The notes: generated by a model not told the origin, from the sequence alone. 48,366 nucleotides of DNA from Clostridia bacterium (GCA_017623895.1 JAGAOB010000013.1:1-48366), one strand, 5' to 3'; shown: positions 1 to 11,095, counted from the stretch's first letter. A program made the numbers and translations.

Positions 1-90
1 CCGTAATTTTTACGAGTTTACTTCTCATTTGCTTTTTCCGATTTTCCAAGCCCTGAGGCTTGTTATTTCGGAATCAACAGGGTACAAAAT

Positions 91-182
91 TCACTGTTTA
101 ATTTTCAAGGTTCATCGTGCCTGAAAAACTTACCGTTTTTTAGGCGCTTGATTAGTATACCACAATTTTTCGGGTTTGTCAA
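91..182 (-). promoter_or_regulatory. sigmaA promoter and boxA-type leader of an rRNA operon transcribed leftwards out of the window
   Basis: Minus strand reads TTGACA (177-182), 17 bp, TATACT (154-159) with extended -10 TG, an AT-rich upstream region, then GAACCTTGAAAATTAAACAGTG (within 91-113), typical of clostridial pre-16S leaders. No rRNA sequence itself is in the window. Confidence 0.7.
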
Positions 183-471
183 GCCTTTTTTGAAAAAAAG
201 TTTTTGTAGGCAAAAAACGGCGCAAACCGTTGATATTATCATATTTTTCAAGGATTTTGGTTATTTTTTTCAGTGCTTTTTGTTAAAAATAGTTCTTTTT
301 TTTCTTCATTTTTCGGGTACTCATAGGCAAAAACACCAAAGCTCACGGGGAGGAGACCTCCCCATCACGGCTTTTTCGAAAGTATACTTTTTGGGGAGGA
401 CGAAAAATCGAACCTATTATATTAATACACACGAAGAAAGAGGAAGAACCGTTTTCGTTCTTCCTCTGCTC

Positions 472-2190
472 TTAATCTTCGATTTTGACGGAAGTGCGGA
501 GTCTCCCGTACAGGAATAAGTATTTTTGGGGCGTAGACCTTCCGTCGGGAGCGCAGGGGAAGGATGCAAGGTCCGAATTGCGAAACCATTGCAAGGGGGA
601 CATTTGCCGATAGATCTCCTGCTGATCTTCGGTCAGCAATTTCTCGACTCTACCGCTTTTCAGCAGATCCAAAAGTCCGTCTCGGTCGGGCGTTACCGTC
701 TGCCATTGGGCAACGGTATGGCAACGGTCAAAGGTGAACCAATCGTAGCAAAGCAACGCCTGAAGTGTAGGACGCAGAGATGAATCTGCCGTTTGATCCA
801 GATATTCGGACATCATACCAAACGCTTTTGCGGGCGTGTGAGCAAGATAGAATTCTCCCTTCTGCTCCAAAAATGCAGAAAACTCTCGGAAGAATGAAAA
901 GACCGAGTGGGGGTCCGTTTTTGTTATATAGGAAAGCAAGTGTCTGCACAGGCCGCTGTTCCAATAGCGGTCCAGGACCTTTTCCACCCCCTTCAGAATC
1001 TGCAGATCTTCCGACGTCAACCATTGATTTCTCAAGATTTCGTACGGGGGAGATTGGGAATAGACCGCCCCGTCCTCCCGATGCTCCAGCGCCGTGCCCT
1101 TCAATCGCTTTAAGAATCCCAGCTGTAGGCAGTGGGAACGAAGATGAAACACCGTATTGAAGGATCGCTCAAAGGAATCCAGGTTCTCATAGGGCAACCC
1201 GGCGATCAGATCGGTATGAATGTGGCAGGGTCCCTGTGACAGGCGGGCAACGGTGGCGTATAGCCTTTCCGGATCGGTGCGGCGGGTAATGGCGGCGAGG
1301 GTATCGGGATTTGCGGATTGAATCCCAACCTCCAATAAAATCATATCGGGACGGAAGGATTCCAAAAGCTCCAGCTCTTCCTCGTCCAAAAGCCAAGCGG
1401 CAATCTCAAAATGAAAGGACGTGATCCCGTTATCGTGATCCTTCAAATATTGCAGAATGGCTTTGGTGCGGTTACGGTCAAAGTTAAAGGTGCGATCCAC
1501 GAATTTAACCAATCGAACCTTTGCATCCAGAAACCGTTGCAGGTCTTCAAAAACACGGGACAGCGAATGTACTCGAACCCGTCCCTGCACTGAGGAGAGG
1601 CAATAAATACAAGTATACGGGCATCCGCGGCAGGATTCGTAATACAAAATGCGGTTTCCGAGGGTCTCCAATTCCCCTGACTCGTAGGGAAAAGGAAGCA
1701 CATCCAGATCGCAGACGGGAGAACGGTCGGGCAACGCCTCGTACCGTCCCTCCCGAAGAAGGGAAACGCCGTGAAAGCGTTGGGAATAGAAGGCTTCTCT
1801 GGGGTGGTCGGAAGAAGACAGCGTCTGCGTCAATTCCCGAAAGGTTTCTTCCCCCTCTCCTCGCAAAACTCCGTCCACGGCGGGATTTCCCCGCAAAAAT
1901 GCCTCGCACCCGTAGGAGACCTCGGGGCCTCCGCACAAAATCAGCGCATCGGGACGGACCGCCCGCAAATCGGAAAGGATCTGACGGGTCAGAGCCACGT
2001 TGAAAATATAAACGGAGAACGCATAAATTTCCGTGGGAATCGATAAAATCTGCCGAAGAATTTCGTCCTTGGGCTGATTGACGGTACATTCCAAGAGCAC
2101 CGTATCCTGCGGCGCTACGGAACGCAGACACCGCAACGCCAACGACGTATGGGTAAATTTGCTGTTCAAAGTAATCAGCAACGCTTTCAT
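472..2190 (-). CDS. B12-binding radical SAM protein (DUF4080-type C-terminus)
   Basis: N-terminal cobalamin-binding segment (GGPEVSY, GEGE) and CxxxCxxC motif (RGCPYTCIYC). ATG 2190 follows RBS GAGGTG. Confidence 0.85.
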   Translation of the reverse strand: MKALLITLNSKFTHTSLALRCLRSVAPQDTVLLECTVNQPKDEILRQILSIPTEIYAFSVYIFNVALTRQILSDLRAVRPDALILCGGPEVSYGCEAFLRGNPAVDGVLRGEGEETFRELTQTLSSSDHPREAFYSQRFHGVSLLREGRYEALPDRSPVCDLDVLPFPYESGELETLGNRILYYESCRGCPYTCIYCLSSVQGRVRVHSLSRVFEDLQRFLDAKVRLVKFVDRTFNFDRNRTKAILQYLKDHDNGITSFHFEIAAWLLDEEELELLESFRPDMILLEVGIQSANPDTLAAITRRTDPERLYATVARLSQGPCHIHTDLIAGLPYENLDSFERSFNTVFHLRSHCLQLGFLKRLKGTALEHREDGAVYSQSPPYEILRNQWLTSEDLQILKGVEKVLDRYWNSGLCRHLLSYITKTDPHSVFSFFREFSAFLEQKGEFYLAHTPAKAFGMMSEYLDQTADSSLRPTLQALLCYDWFTFDRCHTVAQWQTVTPDRDGLLDLLKSGRVEKLLTEDQQEIYRQMSPLQWFRNSDLASFPCAPDGRSTPQKYLFLYGRLRTSVKIED

Positions 2191-2365
2191 AACATCCACC
2201 TCTTAAGGCTATATTACAACGGGAATGAGGCGCGGATGTGTCAAAAGGGAAAAAAATTCTCTGCTTTTTCGGGATTTTTACGTTTCATCTTGACTTTTGC
2301 GTTAAAATATGATAACATAGAGGCGTAATGTCACAACAAATGCTATCCCGAAGGGGGACGAACCA

Positions 2366-4015
2366 ATGAAACAATTCAAATTCGCAAAAAGAATCCTCCC
2401 CGTAATCGCATTGACCTTCCTGCTTTTGCTCACCGGATGCAACGGCGAGAAAAAGCTGCAAAAGGCCTTTTCCTTTTCCGAAACCTCCTTCACGGTTATG
2501 GAAGGCGAAACCAAGACCTTGACCTTAAATAAGGCGAAAGATGCGGACGTGGGAGATTACACCGTGACGTGGATGTCCCAGAACGATTCGGTTGCCACGG
2601 TGACCGAGGACGGAGCGGTCACGGGCGTTGCCCAAGGAAGCACCGAAATCCTTGCCGCCGTTCGCACGGAAAAAGCCGAGGTGCTGTTCAAGTGTGCCGT
2701 CACCGTTACACAAAATACAACTCCGCTGTCGGGCTTGACCTTCAGCGCCACTGTTTATTCCGTGGGAGAGGGTCAAACCGTTGATCTGAAAAACGAACTT
2801 ATTCCCACCCCCGCAAACGCCGTGAGCGGGCCCTTGGTTTGGACCTCCTCCAATACCAACATCGCCACCGTTTCCGACGGGGTCGTCTCCCCCGTTTCCC
2901 AAGGGATCTCCGTCATCACTGCGGCGACCCGGGACGGATCGGTCTCCGCCACGTGCACGGTGCGCGTTTCTGCCATTTCCGTTCCTCCTACGGGCATTGC
3001 CTTTGAAGAAGAAGCCTATACGGTATCGGTAGGATCGACGCTGAAGCTTGCCCCCAAGATTACCCCCGAAAACGCAACGGGATATACGGTGCTTTGGACC
3101 GTCTCCGATCCTGCGATTGCAACGGTAGAGGGCGGAACGGTGAAGGGCATTGCCGAGGGCGAGGTCACCGTGACGGCCCGCTTGAGCGTGGGCGACGGAA
3201 CAATGGTTGCGGAATGCACCGTGACCGTAGGACCGAAAACCGAAGTACGCGTTCCCGCCACAAGGGTGGAGCTGTCCCCCAACAATATGACCATCGCCGA
3301 ATCCTCCGGAGAGGGGCCCTTTAAATTCGGGCTGACCATTTCTCCCGCAAATTGCACCGACTCTCCCCATTGGTCCTGCAGTGATGACGACGTATTGTAT
3401 ATTGATCCTAAAAGTGGTGAGATCCTTTTGCTCAACCCGCCCATTGACGGCTACGTTTCCGTGGTCGTCACCTGTGAGGTGGGAGAAATCTCCAACTCTG
3501 CCGTGGTAAAGGTTGCCCCCAGAAAGCCGAAGCTGCAGATTGGACTGAGCGACTCCTCTCCCGAAATTCTATACGACAAGGCTCCGAGCAACACCATTGA
3601 GCTTGTGGCGGGCTATGCGGATTCGGAGCAGTTGGTCAGCGTTACGTGGACCTCCTCCAACCCCACGGTGGCATCGGTAGACTCCACGGGTTGCGTTACG
3701 GGATACAAGGCGGGAACCTGTACCATCACCGCCGTCAGTAAGTCAAATTCTTCCGTCAAAGCCACTTACACCGTCACCGTGGAAAAGGCTCCCTACATTT
3801 CAGCCGTCGTAGGAGAAGCGGTGCCTATCGAATCTTATTTGATTGAAAAGGACGATATCACGTGGCAATGCGATCCTCTCTTCCTGGAGCTTGATGCAAC
3901 GGCAATGACCGTAAAAGGATTGCAGGAAGCCTTGACGGAGCCCACGAAGATCTTCGGAATTTCCGCCTCGGGTGGACTGTTCACCATTGATGTATATATC
4001 TTCCCTGCGGAATAA
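2366..4015 (+). CDS. Lipoprotein with repeated bacterial Ig-like (Big_2) domains
   Basis: Lipobox LLTGC; repeated WTSSNxxVATV...G.VT...G...ITA...C.VTV units. Confidence 0.85.
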   Translation: MKQFKFAKRILPVIALTFLLLLTGCNGEKKLQKAFSFSETSFTVMEGETKTLTLNKAKDADVGDYTVTWMSQNDSVATVTEDGAVTGVAQGSTEILAAVRTEKAEVLFKCAVTVTQNTTPLSGLTFSATVYSVGEGQTVDLKNELIPTPANAVSGPLVWTSSNTNIATVSDGVVSPVSQGISVITAATRDGSVSATCTVRVSAISVPPTGIAFEEEAYTVSVGSTLKLAPKITPENATGYTVLWTVSDPAIATVEGGTVKGIAEGEVTVTARLSVGDGTMVAECTVTVGPKTEVRVPATRVELSPNNMTIAESSGEGPFKFGLTISPANCTDSPHWSCSDDDVLYIDPKSGEILLLNPPIDGYVSVVVTCEVGEISNSAVVKVAPRKPKLQIGLSDSSPEILYDKAPSNTIELVAGYADSEQLVSVTWTSSNPTVASVDSTGCVTGYKAGTCTITAVSKSNSSVKATYTVTVEKAPYISAVVGEAVPIESYLIEKDDITWQCDPLFLELDATAMTVKGLQEALTEPTKIFGISASGGLFTIDVYIFPAE

Positions 4016-4025
4016 CGACTTTCCC

Positions 4026-4064
4026 ATTCCCGACCGTCTGCTGCGGTCGGGAATTTTTCTTTTT
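4026..4064 (+). terminator. Rho-independent terminator
   Basis: ATTCCCGACCG/CGGTCGGGAAT stem followed by a T-tract. Confidence 0.75.
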
Positions 4065-4072
4065 GAAAGCCC

Positions 4073-4101
4073 TTGATTTTCCCGAAAATATATGATATAA
4101 T
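4073..4101 (+). promoter_or_regulatory. sigmaA promoter of argS
   Basis: TTGATT-N17-TATAAT with extended -10 TG; the short leader leaves no room for a T-box. Confidence 0.65.
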
Positions 4102-4140
4102 GATATAATAAGTAAACAGTTATAACAGGAGCATCCGAAT

Positions 4141-5865
4141 ATGCTGATCAACAAATTAAATCTCGATCTGAAAGCTGCCGCCGAGGCCTTGGGGTATCCC
4201 ACGGAAAAAATTACCGTGACCTATTCCGACCGCCCCGACCTGTGCCAATATCAGTGCAACGCCGCCTTTGCCCTGGCAAAGGAGCTGCGGAATGCACCCA
4301 TCAAAATCGCACAGGCCTTGGCAGACGAGTTTGCGCAACGGTATCAATACGCGACGGCGACGGTTGCCGCCCCCGGATTTTTGAATTTTACCGTCACCGA
4401 CGAAGAATTTTCCGCCCTGCTGAGAGAATTGCTCAACGACCCCCGCTGCGGCGTGGAAAAGACGAAAAATCCGAAAAAGATCGTCATCGATTACGGCGGA
4501 CCGAACATTGCAAAACCCCTCCACGTGGGACACCTGCGCAGCGCCGTTATCGGAGAGGCGCTGAAGCGTCTTTCGGTTTTTTTGGGACACGACGTGATCG
4601 GAGATGTTCATTTGGGAGACTGGGGAACCCAGATGGGCCTGGTCATTGCGGGGCTGGAGGAGCGGTTTGATCTTTCGTATTATTTCGGCGGAAGCGGCGC
4701 AAAGCCCCAAATCACCCTTGGGGATCTGAACGAGGTGTATCCTATGGCGTCCGCCCGCTCCAAGGAGGACGAGGTCTTTCGGGCAAAGGCCCAAGACATT
4801 ACCTTTCGCTTGCAAAAGCACGAGGAAGGGTACTACACCCTTTGGCAGGACATTTGTGCCATCTCCATCGCGGATATCAAAAAGGACTACGCCGCGTTGA
4901 ATGTGGAATTTGATCTTTGGAACGGTGAAAGCACCTGCGACCAATACGTAGATCCGATGATCGATTCCTTCGTGCAACGGGGCTTTGCCTACGAAAGCGA
5001 CGGAGCCCTGGTGATGGACGTTGCGGAGGAATCGGACGAAAAGCCTATGCCTCCCATAATTCTAAGGAAATCCAACGGAGCACAGATCTACGCATCCACC
5101 GACCTTGCCACCATCAAGGAGCGGATGGAGACCATTCATCCCGACGAAATCTGGTACGTCGTAGACGCGCGGCAAGGCCTCCACTTTGAGCAGGTCTTTC
5201 GCTGCGCCCGCAAAACGGAGCTGGTGGACCCGAATACCGTTTTGATCCACGTTCCCTTCGGCACCGTCAACGGAACCGACGGAAAGCCCTTCAAGACCCG
5301 CGAAGGGGGAACGATGAAGCTGAAGGACCTGATCGCGCTGATTTCCGACGCCGCGGGCAAGCAGTTGTCCGAGGGTGCTTTGATGCAGGACGGGGATGCT
5401 CCCCGAAAGGTGGGCTGTGCCGCACTGAAGTACGGAGATCTGGTCTGCAACCGCACGAAAAACTATATTTTCGATATTGACAAGTTCGTCCAATTCGACG
5501 GAAAAACGGGATCGTATCTGCTCTATTCCCTGGTACGCATCCGTTCCCTTTTGGCAAAGGCGGGAGCTCCCGATCTTGCAGGAGGATGAAAGATTTCCTC
5601 CAAGGAGGAACGGGACGTTCTGATGAAAATGCAGCTTCTTGCCACCGCCTACGGGCAGGCGTACGAGGATAAGCTTCCCAGCTTCCTCTGCGAAGCGGCC
5701 TACGACCTTGCAAACGCGTTCAACGTATTTTACGGAACCCATAAAATTATGAGCGAGCCCGACCCCGTGAAGAAGGGTACCTGGATCGCCCTTGCCGCAG
5801 CGGTAGGGAATCTGATGGAACAAACGCTGACCGTTTTGGGCATCGAAACCGTTCCCGCGATGTAA
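4141..5865 (+). CDS. argS: Arginyl-tRNA synthetase, interrupted by one in-frame TGA at 5587-5589 (ORFs 4141-5589 and 5623-5865 are in the same frame)
   Basis: PNIAKPLHVGHLRS (HIGH), GDWGTQMG, KPFKTREG; the DALR-like anticodon domain continues in frame after the TGA and ends in M like other ArgRS proteins. Confidence 0.9.
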
Positions 5866-5890
5866 CCTGCATCCTGTAAAGGAGGCTTTT

Positions 5891-7219
5891 ATGAAATTGA
5901 CCCGACGCTTTGCTCTCGTTCTTGCAATCCTTCTGCTCCTCCCCTTATTCGGCTGTGAAAAGCTGGACCTCAGCGGAGGAAAAGACAGCGGAACGCCCGA
6001 CGGAGCATATACGAATCCACTGGACCCCAACACTCTGACCGTCAAAACCACCGTGGAGGGCAGTGAGGCCTTCCGTCCCGAAGGAGGCGCAGACCCCAAG
6101 ACCGACCGCATTTTACAGCAGATCGCGGCGGTGGAGCGGGAAACGGGATACACCGTTGATGTGCAGATCGTCTCGGAGGAATCCCTGTCCACCGTATTTT
6201 TGCAGGCCTGCCGTTCGGGGAAAAAGTACGCCGACGTCATTCAAACCGATGCCGCGTTTCTTTCCCGCTATTACGACGAGGGATATTTCCTCTCTCTTTC
6301 CCAAGTCGGATTGAGCAAATCCGCCACGGGCACGCTGAAGAAATCCGACGGAACCGCCTATGGGATACGGGCAGACGGATGGAACAATCCGCTGCCGACC
6401 GCCTCCTATCTTTTGTTCTACAACGAGCGACTTTTGACCGAGCGCGGATGCGAAACGCCTCTGCAGCTGCAGGAGGAACGGTCTTGGAACTGGGCCAACT
6501 TTGAGCGTCTGTGCAAAAAAGTAACCGACGGAGAGGTTTTTGCCATTGCCTACCCCAAGGAATCGGAGACCGATCTGATCTGGGCAACCCTGCACGCCGC
6601 GGGGATGACCTACTTTACGGACGACGGCGTTTGCACGATGGATTCGGACGAGGGAATCAACGGGTTTACCACCCTGCGCTCCTTGCTGAATCTTGGCGTG
6701 ACCTATTCCTTGAGCTCTTATGAGAACAGTACGGCAGATCCCACGGCAAAGCTGGCGTTTACAAACCGCCGAACGGCCTTTTTGGTCGGCAACGCTTCCC
6801 TGCTTTTTGAAGCGGGTGAGGGGTCGCTCTTCGAGGAATTGGGCGAGGAATTGCGTGTGATCGGATTTCCCGCTATCAAAAAGGGCGTGACGGGGGCAAC
6901 CTTCAGCACGAACGACGTATTCTGCGGAATCACAGCGGCGGCAAATACCGAAATGTGCAAGACCGTCCTTCCCCTGCTCTTTGCAACCCCCGAGGGCACC
7001 GATCCGAAGGAAGAGCTGATTGACACCTATTTCTATCACGCCGAGGACGGAGAAGTTTATTTTGATCTTTTAGCCTCTGCAGACACCGACACTGCCCTGA
7101 CGATGAACGAAAACCGTTCCATCGTCGAGGAATATTTCCTTCAAATTGCCAAGGGAAACTATTCCGCAAAGGAATATCTGAGCAATTTGGAATCGGTTTT
7201 TAACGTAAAAAATTCTTAA
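5891..7219 (+). CDS. Extracellular solute-binding lipoprotein (ABC sugar-binding family-like), orphan
   Basis: Lipobox LFGC; LLFYNERLL, WNWANF and AFTNRRTAF motifs typical of family 1 solute-binding proteins; no permease adjacent. Confidence 0.7.
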   Translation: MKLTRRFALVLAILLLLPLFGCEKLDLSGGKDSGTPDGAYTNPLDPNTLTVKTTVEGSEAFRPEGGADPKTDRILQQIAAVERETGYTVDVQIVSEESLSTVFLQACRSGKKYADVIQTDAAFLSRYYDEGYFLSLSQVGLSKSATGTLKKSDGTAYGIRADGWNNPLPTASYLLFYNERLLTERGCETPLQLQEERSWNWANFERLCKKVTDGEVFAIAYPKESETDLIWATLHAAGMTYFTDDGVCTMDSDEGINGFTTLRSLLNLGVTYSLSSYENSTADPTAKLAFTNRRTAFLVGNASLLFEAGEGSLFEELGEELRVIGFPAIKKGVTGATFSTNDVFCGITAAANTEMCKTVLPLLFATPEGTDPKEELIDTYFYHAEDGEVYFDLLASADTDTALTMNENRSIVEEYFLQIAKGNYSAKEYLSNLESVFNVKNS

Positions 7220-7246
7220 TCATATATCAGCGAAAGGATGACTATT

Positions 7247-7516
7247 ATGAGAGCTATCATCACCGTTACAGGCAAAGATTCCGTGGGCATCATCGCCCAA
7301 GTTTCCGCCGCCTGCTCTGAGGTCAACGCAAACATTGAGGATATCACCCAAAAGGTTCTGGACGATCTGTTCGTTATGGTTATGCTGGTAAACATCGACG
7401 GGCTTTCCGTCAAATTTACTGATTTTGTGGACCGTATGAACGATTTGGGCAAGAACAACGGTCTTGCAATTCACACGATGCACGAAGAAATCTTCAACGC
7501 GATGCACCGCATCTGA
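7247..7516 (+). CDS. ACT domain protein (UPF0237 family)
   Basis: [17 protein letters not shown]...IFNAMHRI; usual partner of DUF711. Confidence 0.85.
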   Translation: MRAIITVTGKDSVGIIAQVSAACSEVNANIEDITQKVLDDLFVMVMLVNIDGLSVKFTDFVDRMNDLGKNNGLAIHTMHEEIFNAMHRI

Positions 7517-7530
7517 AAGGACCGAGCCCG

Positions 7531-8886
7531 ATGATCAACAACAGTGAAATTCTCGAAACTCTACATATGATCGAAAACGAACACTTGGACGTTCGTACCG
7601 TAACGATGGGGATTTCCCTTTTTGACTGCTGCGACCCCGATCCGAAGATCGCCTGCCGCAAGATCGTGGATAAGATCTGCGCAAAGGCACAAAATCTGGT
7701 AAAAACAGGGGAAGAGATCGAGAAGGAATTTGGGATTCCCATCATCAACAAGCGCATTTCCATCACACCGATGGCAATGATCGCCGCTGCCTCCAATACC
7801 GACGACTATACCTGCTTTGCAAAAGCGATGCAGGAAGCGGCAGACCGCTGCGGAGTCAACTTTATCGGCGGCTTTTCCGCTCTGGTCCACAAGGGATTTA
7901 CAGAAAGCGACCGAAAGCTCATCCGTTCTCTGCCTCAGGCACTGACGGAAACCAATAACGTATGCGCCTCCATCAACGTGGCATCCACCAAGGCGGGAAT
8001 CAATATGGACGCCGTGCGTATGATGGGAACCACCATCAAGGATCTTGCCTATCTTACCAAGGACCAGGGCTCCATCGGCTGTGCAAAGCTGGTGGTTTTT
8101 GCCAACGTCCCCGAGGATAACCCGTTTATGGCGGGAGCCTTCCACGGAGTGGGCGAGGGAGAAAGTGTGATCAACGTAGGGGTCTCGGGCCCCGGCGTAG
8201 TCAAGACCGCCTTGGAAAAATGCGACGGAGACCTCTCCGCCGTTGCTGAAACTATAAAAAAGACCGCCTTCAAAATCACCCGTATGGGTCAGCTGGTCGC
8301 TTCGGAGGCTTCCCGCCGTCTGAACGTGCCCTTCGGCATTGTGGACCTGTCCCTGGCGCCGACCCCCGCTATCGGAGATTCGGTTGCCCATATTCTGGAA
8401 GAAATGGGATTGGAGCAATGCGGGTCCCACGGAACCACCGCAGCGTTGGCACTGCTGAACGACGCGGTAAAGAAGGGCGGCGTGATGGCATCCTCCCACG
8501 TGGGCGGACTTTCGGGGGCCTTTATCCCCGTGTCCGAGGACGCAGGAATGATCCGCGCCGCAGAGCAGGGAACACTGACCTTGGATAAGCTGGAAGCAAT
8601 GACCGCCGTTTGCTCCGTGGGATTGGATATGATCGCAGTCCCGGGCGATACCTCTGCCGACGTCATTTCCGCCATCATCGCCGACGAAATCGCCATCGGC
8701 GTGGTCAACACCAAGACCACCGCGGTACGCATCATCCCCGCTTACGGAAAATCCGTGGGAGACCACGTGGAATTTGGCGGCCTTTTGGGAACGGCGCCCG
8801 TTATGCCCGTTCGCAACGTCTCGCCTGCAAAATTCATCGCCCGCGGCGGCAGAATCCCCGCCCCGATGCAAAGCCTGAAGAACTGA
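7531..8886 (+). CDS. DUF711 / PFL-like family protein (UPF0210)
   Basis: [36 protein letters not shown] and conserved C-terminus GGRIPAP.QSLKN. Confidence 0.9.
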   Translation: MINNSEILETLHMIENEHLDVRTVTMGISLFDCCDPDPKIACRKIVDKICAKAQNLVKTGEEIEKEFGIPIINKRISITPMAMIAAASNTDDYTCFAKAMQEAADRCGVNFIGGFSALVHKGFTESDRKLIRSLPQALTETNNVCASINVASTKAGINMDAVRMMGTTIKDLAYLTKDQGSIGCAKLVVFANVPEDNPFMAGAFHGVGEGESVINVGVSGPGVVKTALEKCDGDLSAVAETIKKTAFKITRMGQLVASEASRRLNVPFGIVDLSLAPTPAIGDSVAHILEEMGLEQCGSHGTTAALALLNDAVKKGGVMASSHVGGLSGAFIPVSEDAGMIRAAEQGTLTLDKLEAMTAVCSVGLDMIAVPGDTSADVISAIIADEIAIGVVNTKTTAVRIIPAYGKSVGDHVEFGGLLGTAPVMPVRNVSPAKFIARGGRIPAPMQSLKN

Positions 8887-8928
8887 CAAAAGAAAAACGA
8901 GAGCAGATATCCATCTGCTCCCTTGATG

Positions 8929-8966
8929 AAAAGCCCGTGAATCAGTATGATTCACGGGCTTTTTTT
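8929..8966. terminator. Bidirectional Rho-independent terminator
   Basis: AAAAGCCCGTGAATC/GATTCACGGGCTTTT inverted repeat between convergent genes. Confidence 0.8.
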
Positions 8967-9477
8967 ATACAAACAAATCAATTATTGCGGGAATTCCGTA
9001 CGAGATCAGCGCCATAATCACCGACGCCAAAAGCACGCCGAGAATTGCCGCGACCAGAGACCTCTTTTTATCCAGATCCAACAGCGCCGCAATCAAAGAG
9101 CCTGTCCAGGCGCCCGTACCGGGCAAGGGAATCCCGACGAAAAGAAGCAGTCCCCAAAAGGAGGCCTTGCGAATTTTCTCGCTCTTCTTTCCCGTAGCCT
9201 TCGACTCCAGCTTTTCCACCAGGGGACGGAAGATTTTCCAGCGCTTCATCCAGCTAAAAACGGGAGTGATCAACCACAGAATAAAGGGAATCGGAATCAC
9301 GTTCCCTAAAATACAAATGGCAAATGCCTTGAATAAATTAAATCCGTACAGGCTTGCGATGATCATTCCGCCCCGCAATTCCAGAATCGGAATCATAGAA
9401 ACAAGAAACACGATCAGCTCGGGGGGCAAAAATCCCGCCAACGCCTCGTTCATCCAATTGGCAATGGCCTCGGTCAT
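8965..9477 (-). CDS. COG2426 small multidrug-export-like membrane protein
   Basis: SMIPILELRG and FVGIPLPGTGAWTG motifs; hydrophobic helices. Confidence 0.8.
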   Translation of the reverse strand: MTEAIANWMNEALAGFLPPELIVFLVSMIPILELRGGMIIASLYGFNLFKAFAICILGNVIPIPFILWLITPVFSWMKRWKIFRPLVEKLESKATGKKSEKIRKASFWGLLLFVGIPLPGTGAWTGSLIAALLDLDKKRSLVAAILGVLLASVIMALISYGIPAIIDLFV

Positions 9478-9542
9478 AGCGATCCTCCTGTATAATAGAA
9501 AACCCTGCCTCGGTTTGAAGCAGGGTCCGATAAACGGTTTGA

Positions 9543-9782
9543 TTATTCGGCGGCGAATTCGGCAGCCAAACGGGACTTCTTGCGAGCAGCGCAGTTCGCA
9601 TGGATCAGACCCTTTGCAACAGCTTTGTCAACCAGGGAATACGCCTTCTGAAGATTCTCGGGGGATTTCTCCGCTTCAAGGGCTTTCAGCTGGGTGCGGA
9701 ACGAGGACTTCTGCATTTTGTTCTGCAGGTTCTTCGTCTGATTCACCAAAACACGTTTCTTGGCAGATTTGATATTGGGCAT
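9543..9782 (-). CDS. rpsT: 30S ribosomal protein S20
   Basis: MPNIKSAKKR...KGLIHANCAARKKSRL; RBS GGAGGTGA; promoter TTGCAT-N17-TATAAT at 9846-9874. Confidence 0.95.
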   Translation of the reverse strand: MPNIKSAKKRVLVNQTKNLQNKMQKSSFRTQLKALEAEKSPENLQKAYSLVDKAVAKGLIHANCAARKKSRLAAEFAAE

Positions 9783-9930
9783 CTGCATTCACCTCCGTTA
9801 CTCTTTGCGGGATTTTCCCCGTCAGTTTTATATTCAGCACGATATATTATAACACAAATTGGCACAAGATGCAAGAGGTAATTCCAAATAAAATAGGAAT
9901 TCTTTGTGAACTTTCCGCAAATCGGGGAAG

Positions 9931-10941
9931 TTATTTTGCCTCGTAGATCTTCATATCGCCCTTGCGAACCCATCCGATTTTACGGAACACGGCGTCAAAG
10001 GACAGCGTCAGGCAAGCGGGCAAAATGAAGTGCATTAACACGATTTCCAACAGGAAGACCCACAACTGCGTATTTCCGATCATTGCGTCGTAAGCACCGA
10101 ACTGCCCCACAAGTCCGCTGGTCCCCATTCCCGCGCCCATCGACGTATTGGTCATCTTCAGCACGGCGGCGGAGATGGACCCCAAGACGGCAGACGCCAA
10201 GGTCGGCGCCAACCAAATGGCAGGACGGCGCACGATGTTGGAGAATTGGAGCATCGATGTTCCGAACATCTGGGACAACGTTCCGCCCAGCCCGTTATCT
10301 CTCCAAGAGGCCACGGCAAAACCCACCATCTGACAACAGCATCCCACGCAGGCAGCTCCTGCGGCAATGCCGTCCAGTCCGATCATAATACAAAGTGCCG
10401 CAGAGGAAATGGGCGCCGTCAAGGCCAACCCCACGATCACGGCAATCGCCATTCCCATCCAAATGGGTTGAAGCTCGGTGGCACTGTTGATCAAGCTGCC
10501 CAAGGCGGTCATAAACTGATTCAACCAAGGTCCGATAAAGATTCCGATCAATCCTCCCGTAAGGATAGTGATCATAGGAGTGATTACGATGTCCAGCTTG
10601 GTTCTTCCCGCAAGAAGGTTGCCCAATTCAGCACCCACAACGGCGGCAACAAAGGCACCCACGGGACCACCCATCACGTACCCCACCGCACCCACGGCGG
10701 CACAGGAAAAGGAGACCAAGGGTTTTACCTTCAGCCCCCAAGCCACGGCAACGCCGATCGCGGCACCGACGACGTAGTCGTTTTTCACAACGGCCGCAAT
10801 TTCGTTTAGGATCGAAAGGCCCGGAATCTTTCCGAATTGAGAAATGATCAATCCGATGATCAAGGAAGAAAACAGGCCCAGCGCCATCGCACCCAAGGCG
10901 TCTACAAAATAGCGCTTCAAAATCTTTTTTATGGCATCCAT
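9931..10941 (-). CDS. PTS IIC-like membrane protein (PTS_EIIC_2 type, stand-alone)
   Basis: Multi-TM; GAMALGLFSSLIIG, LTAPISSAA, GMGTSGLVG motifs; promoter TTGTTT-N17-TATAAT at 10974-11002. Confidence 0.8.
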   Translation of the reverse strand: MDAIKKILKRYFVDALGAMALGLFSSLIIGLIISQFGKIPGLSILNEIAAVVKNDYVVGAAIGVAVAWGLKVKPLVSFSCAAVGAVGYVMGGPVGAFVAAVVGAELGNLLAGRTKLDIVITPMITILTGGLIGIFIGPWLNQFMTALGSLINSATELQPIWMGMAIAVIVGLALTAPISSAALCIMIGLDGIAAGAACVGCCCQMVGFAVASWRDNGLGGTLSQMFGTSMLQFSNIVRRPAIWLAPTLASAVLGSISAAVLKMTNTSMGAGMGTSGLVGQFGAYDAMIGNTQLWVFLLEIVLMHFILPACLTLSFDAVFRKIGWVRKGDMKIYEAK

Positions 10942-11095
10942 TCCAAACAGACCTCCAAAAAAATATTTTCCTCATTATACCACAAAATTTTCAAAAAAAC
11001 AAGTCTTTTCCTCAGATTTCTTCGGGTCGCTTAAAAAAAATTTTATAAGAGCGAAATTTTTGGACAGAATAACGGAAAAAGAGGAGGGCTTCAGG

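Noticed and set aside
148-519. 123-aa ORF in the AT-rich left intergenic region
   Set aside because: Low-complexity F/K-rich translation overlapping the rRNA-type promoter; no RBS.
5587-5589. Selenocysteine codon in argS
   Set aside because: The position is a variable loop with no expected catalytic Cys, and the short hairpin does not resemble a bacterial SECIS.
4141-5865. Genome-wide TGA reassignment (Trp/Gly) as the explanation for the argS stop
   Set aside because: TGA ends genes at their conserved C-termini here (ACT MHRI, DUF711 SLKN, hisB STKGVL) and TGG is used for Trp.
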